A DNA stretch of 64,000 bases from an uncultured Coprobacillus sp. (GTDB lineage: Bacteria > Bacillota_I > Bacilli_A > ML615J-28 > CAG-698), in contig CAYMGD010000002.1 in NCBI GenBank assembly GCA_964389905.1, positions 2,843 through 66,842 on the forward strand. Direction: 5' to 3'. Each line of letters opens with the position of its first letter. Position 1 is the first letter of the stretch. Made by a program: the position numbers and the translations under genes. Shown here piece by piece: positions 59,125-64,000 of the stretch. A model generated the notes under the pieces. It did no database searches. It saw only the letters and a list, made by a program, of their open reading frames with translations, and was not told the DNA's origin.

Positions 59125-60171
59125 TTACTTTAATCTATAATAGCAAATAGATTTACCGCTACCTTCACGTTTTAATTCGCCAAGTTCAATTAGTTTTCTT
59201 AATGCTCCTTCAATACTGCTTATGCTAAGCGAAGGACATTGTTCACGAATATCTTGTTTATTAAATCTCCCTATTTTATTCATCGATGCACGTCTTACAA
59301 TTTCTAATGCAGAAAGTTTTGTTTCCACTAATGCAAAACGATCTTCAAAATCTTTATAAGCAGCTAAAATAGTTCCTAAAAGATATTTGATAAATGGAAC
59401 AACATCTTCTGTTTCTTCATGCCAACCTATTTGAGATTTTGCAAGTGTATTATAATACAAATCTTTATTCTTTGCTATTTTTGCCTCTAGCGATATATAT
59501 TTACCCACATAAAAACCACTACGATATAAAAGCAATGTAGTAAGTAATCTGCTCATTCTTCCATTTCCGTCATTGAAAGGATGAATACACAAAAAGTCAT
59601 GAATGAATATTGGAATAGCAATCAACGGTTCAGCCTCTAAATTTCCTATAACTCGATTGTATTCATTACAAATGTTCTCAAGAGCTACAGGCGTTTCAAA
59701 AGGATCAAGCGGAGTAAATAACGTTTCCACTCTTCCATCAGGATAAGTTGCACTAATATAGTTTTGAACACTTTTGGTTCTACCCGCAACAGGGTTATTC
59801 ATATGGCTATATAAGATTTTATGAAGTTGAAAAATATAGTTTGTTGTAATAGGAATTGCATCAAAACTTTCATGAATAATTCCAAGAACATCCCTATAGC
59901 CTGCAATCTCTTGTTCGTCTCTATTTTTAGGTGTTGTCTTTTCTGCAACTAATTGTTTGATACGTGTATTTGTAGTTACAATTCCCTCAATAGCATTAGA
60001 TGCCTCTGTACTTTGAATCTTCGCAATCTCTACAAGCTTTTCCAATTCTTCAGGGCGTTGTTTTAAGTATAATTCCTGTTTTCCAGCTTCTTTATATATT
60101 GCCGCTATTAATCCAAGAACATCACTATCCCATTTGAGCTCTTTTATTTGAGAATAGTTAAAAGTACGCAT
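59125..60171 (-). CDS. fic: Fic-family protein (class II, with N-terminal inhibitory helix) and a C-terminal wHTH
   Basis: 348 aa. Canonical HPFNDGNGRMSR and inhibitory (S/T)xxxE(G/N) motif SNAIEG. Confidence 0.88.
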   Translation of the reverse strand: MRTFNYSQIKELKWDSDVLGLIAAIYKEAGKQELYLKQRPEELEKLVEIAKIQSTEASNAIEGIVTTNTRIKQLVAEKTTPKNRDEQEIAGYRDVLGIIHESFDAIPITTNYIFQLHKILYSHMNNPVAGRTKSVQNYISATYPDGRVETLFTPLDPFETPVALENICNEYNRVIGNLEAEPLIAIPIFIHDFLCIHPFNDGNGRMSRLLTTLLLYRSGFYVGKYISLEAKIAKNKDLYYNTLAKSQIGWHEETEDVVPFIKYLLGTILAAYKDFEDRFALVETKLSALEIVRRASMNKIGRFNKQDIREQCPSLSISSIEGALRKLIELGELKREGSGKSICYYRLK

Positions 60172-60196
60172 ATGTTACCTCCTTATTTGCCCTTTA

Positions 60197-60225
60197 ATTA
60201 TATCATTTTTTAAGGGGAAAGTCAA
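60197..60225 (-). promoter_or_regulatory. sigma-A-type promoter of fic
   Basis: On the minus strand: TTGACT (60220-60225), a 17-nt spacer, then TATAAT (60197-60202). Confidence 0.6.
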
Positions 60226-60400
60226 CAGTTTTTACTTATTTTCCCTTAATATTATTATCGAAATAAGGGGAAAATATTTATATAAATAGCACCCTCTTGA
60301 ATCGTAAACATAATTATCAGTCTCACATTTATTATTACTCAATCAAGTATTTCAGCAATTGTTACGTTAACTATATTTTTTTCTTCTAGGGGTATTGAAA

Positions 60401-60465
60401 TAATCGTTCTAACACCGTTTTTGACCTAATAATCGTTCTGCTACCTAGGGTAATCGTTCTAACAC
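60401..60465. repeat. three direct iteron-like repeats TAATCGTTCT(A/G)(A/C)(C/T)AC
   Basis: taatcgttctaacac (60401-60415), taatcgttctgctac (60429-60443) and taatcgttctaacac (60451-60465). Confidence 0.8.
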
Positions 60466-60531
60466 TTACTGCTAAAAAGCACTACGAAGGCCACAATTTT
60501 AATACAAAAACAAATAAAAAAGCCACCAGGT

Positions 60532-60608
60532 CATAAAATCTGATGGAAATTCACTTGAAATATGCCTAATTTAGTCTTAAAAACACTAAAAAGCATAAAA
60601 AAATAATC
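60532..60608. repeat. R2: ~76-bp element homologous to R1, located 43 nt downstream of tRNA-Ser
   Basis: See R1. Same orientation. Confidence 0.75.
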
Positions 60609-60651
60609 TTGACATCAATTATTCATTGTATCAAGACTAGTCATTTTCAAA

Positions 60652-60742
60652 TGGCGGAGTAGAAGGGATTTGAACCCTTGCACCAGTTTCCCAGTCTATA
60701 CCCTTAGCAGGGGCACCTCTTAAGCCTCTTGAGTACTACTCC
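60652..60742 (-). tRNA. tRNA-Ser (anticodon GCU), class II with a long variable arm, CCA encoded
   Basis: The reverse complement GGAGTAG-TA-CTC..GAG-G-TGCCC-CTGCTAA-GGGTA-(19-nt variable arm)-AAGGG-TTCAAAT-CCCTT-CTACTCC-G-CCA folds by hand into a cloverleaf. The anticodon loop CU-GCU-AA gives anticodon GCU. Confidence 0.9.
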
Positions 60743-60813
60743 AAATATCCATAATATAATACTAAAAAAATCACTTTTTGTCAAGGACTTTTTTAGTATT
60801 AATTATAGTTTTT

Positions 60814-61362
60814 TTATTTATTATTCATTATTCCACGCAAATATGATAATATTTCACTTTCACCTGATTTGTGTTCTGAAACTTCTCCATCTTCCACAAC
60901 CAATAACAATGGTAATGAAGATTCTTTAATTTTTAGAACTGTACTACTATCATTATTTAAGTAGTTAGGGAATTGATTTGCTCCATCAATTTTCTCAGTA
61001 TCTTTTACAAAACACTTAGCATTTTCTGTAGCATTGCTGTCCATACCATATAATTTTGTTGCTTTAAGGTTATCTCTATGATATGTTAAATATTTATACA
61101 TTCCATTATTAAATGATTCATTTTCTTTTGTATCTTCAAAATCAAAGAATAAAACATAATATGTATCTTCTTTTTGGGCAAACATTTCTTGTCCAGAAAT
61201 CATTTCAACATTATTATAACTGCTTACTTCTCTTGTTTGTGCAATTCTCACTACAAGTAATGTTACAAGCACAAGTAACAAAATTCCCATTGCTGTCCAA
61301 AATACAACTGCTTTCGTGGAAACATTTTTTTTCTTTCTCAATTTATCATTCATTTTAATCAC
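60814..61362 (-). CDS. membrane-anchored protein, function unknown
   Basis: 182 aa with a single N-terminal TM helix. Confidence 0.55.
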   Translation of the reverse strand: MIKMNDKLRKKKNVSTKAVVFWTAMGILLLVLVTLLVVRIAQTREVSSYNNVEMISGQEMFAQKEDTYYVLFFDFEDTKENESFNNGMYKYLTYHRDNLKATKLYGMDSNATENAKCFVKDTEKIDGANQFPNYLNNDSSTVLKIKESSLPLLLVVEDGEVSEHKSGESEILSYLRGIMNNK

Positions 61363-61453
61363 CTTTTTTATTTAATACATTAATAGTATTATACCAAAAA
61401 ATGATTTTTTAATCAAGACTTTTTAAGTCATTTGTTAAATTTTTGTTGTGTTT

Positions 61454-62452
61454 CTATTTTTCGTCGTTTTTTATCATATAACTTGATAGGATTTTAACCA
61501 TTTCTTCTAAAGATAATTCGTTAGAAGCAATAGTATATTCTACTCCTTCGTATAATGTTACAATAGCATTTTCTTTTAGAATTGTTGGTTGACCTAATAC
61601 GTGAATAATGTATCCTGTTTCATATGAAAGTGCCATCGTTTCTTTATCATTTATGTATTCTTGAACAATAGTAAAATCATTATCTCCTGTATATGTCATT
61701 ATACTTACAACATTCTTGCCATCAGTACTAGATTCTGTATGTTCTTTAGATAGTTTGCTTCCTTCAGGGCAATATGATGGATATTTGATCTTTCTTTCGT
61801 CGTATACGTCATCAGAAGTTATTTGACTACGCATTGTTGTCATTGAATCATTAACAATAAATTCTTTGCTATCAATTGTTTTATCTAAATCAATATTTGT
61901 AAAAATGACTTTAATATAAAGATTACCTTGTTTATCAAATACTTGAACTTCTTGAGGCAAATTAGTTTTCTTACTAAGAATTATCTTTTGTTTGTTAGCA
62001 ACCGCATCTTTATATAGCAATGTATCTGTTTCAATTGTTTTTGTGTCATCATCTTCTGTTATTATAGGATTTTCAGTATTAGCTATATCTTTTGTTAAAG
62101 AACTTAAAAGGTAAGGATAACTTCCATTTGTTGGCCAATCACTTTTTATCTTAAAGTTTTTATTTATGGCTGGCACTAACACATAAACTCCTTCACTATT
62201 CTTTATTATTACCTGTGAGTCTTTACCATTAACTGGGGTTAAAGTTATTTTTATTTCATCAGGTGATTTGTATAAAACCTCAAAACTGCTTTGTTTAGTA
62301 TTTTCCAAGTAATAAGTTTCCATAACACCTTCTGCTTTATAAGATGTTGTTTCCGTAACGATTTCTAAAAATTCTTTTTCAGTTTCTTTCTCACCACATC
62401 CAATAAGTAAGAAAGATGAAAATATTAACATTAACATTAGTATTTTTTTCAT
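61454..62452 (-). CDS. lipoprotein, YdcC/LolA-like (tentative)
   Basis: 332 aa with lipobox LIGC. Its position near acpS mirrors the B. subtilis acpS-ydcC arrangement. The family call is tentative. Confidence 0.55.
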   Translation of the reverse strand: MKKILMLMLIFSSFLLIGCGEKETEKEFLEIVTETTSYKAEGVMETYYLENTKQSSFEVLYKSPDEIKITLTPVNGKDSQVIIKNSEGVYVLVPAINKNFKIKSDWPTNGSYPYLLSSLTKDIANTENPIITEDDDTKTIETDTLLYKDAVANKQKIILSKKTNLPQEVQVFDKQGNLYIKVIFTNIDLDKTIDSKEFIVNDSMTTMRSQITSDDVYDERKIKYPSYCPEGSKLSKEHTESSTDGKNVVSIMTYTGDNDFTIVQEYINDKETMALSYETGYIIHVLGQPTILKENAIVTLYEGVEYTIASNELSLEEMVKILSSYMIKNDEK

Positions 62453-62577
62453 ATTCTTTTCTCCATTTCTCTACTAAATGTTATGTTAGTTTATAATTAT
62501 TTATTACTTTTTTTATTGCAATGTCTTTAGTATAATTTTGTTGTTTTAGGAAAAAATAATACAAAGGAGGATTTTTT

Positions 62578-62790
62578 ATGAACGTTTTACAAAAAATTGC
62601 TTTAGTTATTGTCATTATTGGAGCTGTTAATTGGCTTTTGATAGGTATCTTTGATTTCAATTTAGTTGCCTTTATATTTGATGACTTATCAACTGTTATT
62701 TCAAGAATTATATATTCACTTGTTGGAATAGCTGGATTAATAACTATTTCTGCTCTATTTACATATAAAGAACATCAGAATTATGATTAA
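62578..62790 (+). CDS. DUF378-family small membrane protein
   Basis: 70 aa. IGAVNWLLIGIFDFNLV is a typical DUF378 sequence. AGGAGG RBS upstream. Confidence 0.7.
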   Translation: MNVLQKIALVIVIIGAVNWLLIGIFDFNLVAFIFDDLSTVISRIIYSLVGIAGLITISALFTYKEHQNYD

Positions 62791-62837
62791 CTTAAAAAAG
62801 TTGCCTAGCAACTTTTTTGTTTATCCATTTTATTTAA

Positions 62838-63179
62838 TTATTTTGCAATGACAAAAGCTATTGTATATTCTTTTTCATGGGAAATAGATATCAATATTTC
62901 AGTATCTGATATCTTATTAAATAAACTACTTTTTATATAAGGTTTACCACTTTCATCATTTAATATTGAAACATCAGTCATTTCAAATCTTACATTAGTT
63001 GCTTTAAATAAAGCTTCTTTTGAGGAAAACCTACTAGCAAGATACTCTAATTTTCGGCTGTGCGAAGTAAAGTTTTCGTATACTTTTAATTCTTCAGTCG
63101 ACAAAATACGTTTTTCTTGGTTATCGAATATAATTTTTTCGAATCTTTCGTTTTTTGTTATATCTACACCTATTCCCAT
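62838..63179 (-). CDS. acpS: holo-[acyl-carrier-protein] synthase
   Basis: 113 aa. MGIGVDIT start and a SISH..EY region typical of AcpS. Confidence 0.85.
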   Translation of the reverse strand: MGIGVDITKNERFEKIIFDNQEKRILSTEELKVYENFTSHSRKLEYLASRFSSKEALFKATNVRFEMTDVSILNDESGKPYIKSSLFNKISDTEILISISHEKEYTIAFVIAK

Positions 63180-63181
63180 AT

Positions 63182-64000
63182 TTATTCTCCCTTTAGTTTA
63201 AGATATATTTCGTGGATATCACGAAAACAATGGCTTAAACCTGATTTTGTTATACTCTTTCCTAGTTCTTCTTGAGCTATTTCACTTAATTCGCTTAAGG
63301 AGCTTTCAGGATATTTTGTTCGTAGCATAATAGCATCAACTAGTCGGGGAGTTAAATCAACAATACCTCTTTTTTCAGTTATGTATTTTATTTCTTCAAT
63401 TTGTCTCATCGCACTTTCCAATGCTTTTTGCTCGTTATGGATGTCACAATTTATTATTCTATTAAAATTGTTAGTATAATCTTTCTCGATACGAATATCT
63501 TCAAACTTAAATAATGAGGTAACTGCCCCTACAAATTTTAGAAAATCTCCTATTTGTTCGGCTTTCTTTAAGTATAGCACATATCCTTTTTTTCTAACTA
63601 TTGTCTTCGGCATTATACCAACTTCATTTAGATATTTATAAAGGTATGGAATATCATTTTCTTTGTCAACAGTTATTTCTAAATGATAATTACTACTTTT
63701 AGGATCGTTTATTGATCCTTGGCATATAAATAGTCCTCTTAATAAGCTTCCTTTACAGTTTTCACATTTAATAATACTATTATTAAATTCATCATTTATT
63801 GTATTATCAGCATTTAAGATACCTAAATCTTTTAAGAACTCTTGTTCTTCTTCATTAAAAGTTAGAACATATTTGATTTTAAAGTCAAGATTTTGTCTTT
63901 GATATGCTTCAATATTACTTTTTACGTTGTATATTTTTTTGAATAAGAAGATTATTCTTCTAGCAACAAAGTTTAAGGTTGTGGAGATTTGAACCCCAAA
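63182..64000 (-). CDS. whiA: DNA-binding protein WhiA (5' end beyond the window)
   Basis: The ORF-track fragment 63182-63613 is the C-terminal HTH part. The frame stays open upstream to base 64000 (..LLRGLFICQGSINDPKSSNYHLEITV..), which matches the WhiA LAGLIDADG-like region. Confidence 0.85.
   Translation of the reverse strand, partial: FGVQISTTLNFVARRIIFLFKKIYNVKSNIEAYQRQNLDFKIKYVLTFNEEEQEFLKDLGILNADNTINDEFNNSIIKCENCKGSLLRGLFICQGSINDPKSSNYHLEITVDKENDIPYLYKYLNEVGIMPKTIVRKKGYVLYLKKAEQIGDFLKFVGAVTSLFKFEDIRIEKDYTNNFNRIINCDIHNEQKALESAMRQIEEIKYITEKRGIVDLTPRLVDAIMLRTKYPESSLSELSEIAQEELGKSITKSGLSHCFRDIHEIYLKLKGE

Noticed and set aside
63960-64000. tRNA T-arm-like sequence GGGGTTCAAATCTCC (minus strand) at the window edge.
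   Set aside because: It lies inside the open whiA reading frame, and the translation continues sensibly through it. No acceptor or anticodon arm could be folded from the available sequence.
1-64000. Possible Mollicutes-type genetic code (TGA read as Trp), given the very low GC content.
   Set aside because: Long ORFs of up to 887 codons are recovered with the standard code. Trp is encoded by TGG in conserved motifs. I saw no sign of conserved genes interrupted by in-frame TGA.

Overview
Low-GC chromosome segment that uses the standard genetic code: Trp is TGG and long ORFs are not broken by TGA. Gene content and order look like a Bacillota lineage (Erysipelotrichia- or Mollicutes-related); that taxon is my inference, not a search result. 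Almost all genes lie on the minus strand. Only an SDR oxidoreductase and a DUF378 gene are convincingly on the plus strand.

Core blocks:
- rpsB-tsf-pyrH-frr (8.7-11.9 kb)
- dut-xerC-trmFO (12.1-14.8 kb)
- secG-rnr-smpB (17.5-20.4 kb)
- tig-clpX-(unknown)-lon (20.5-26.6 kb)
- metabolic and transport genes (27.5-43.3 kb)
- whiA-acpS-ydcC-like (61.4-64 kb)

Accessory or unusual parts:
1. 1-8.6 kb: a self-contained five-gene operon after the frr terminator. It encodes a sigma-70 region-4-like giant protein, two unknowns, a SWIM zinc-finger protein and a SNF2 ATPase that runs off the window and is missing from the ORF track. This is my best candidate for an uncharacterised multi-gene system.
2. 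14.9-16.6 kb: an AlbA_2/HATPase_c_4-type gene bracketed by two different tandem-repeat arrays.
3. 34.4-37.1 kb: a divergent sigma factor, a membrane protein and a secreted S8 protease with Glu at the catalytic Asp position.
4. 43.4-60.65 kb: a composite island next to tRNA-Ser(GCU). Its older half is decayed and holds a frameshifted C5-methyltransferase, a fragmented restriction enzyme, other pseudogenes, an IS21 remnant and a Fic-like gene with His-to-Gln in the active-site motif, but retains an intact TIR-like/transmembrane effector gene. Its younger half carries Fic, a tyrosine recombinase, a Type III R-M system and an iron-type ABC importer.

The recombinase-mod intergenic region looks like an invertible promoter switch currently pointing away from mod-res. 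No rRNA, CRISPR array or tmRNA was seen. All motif calls come from reading the translations by eye; no database search was run.
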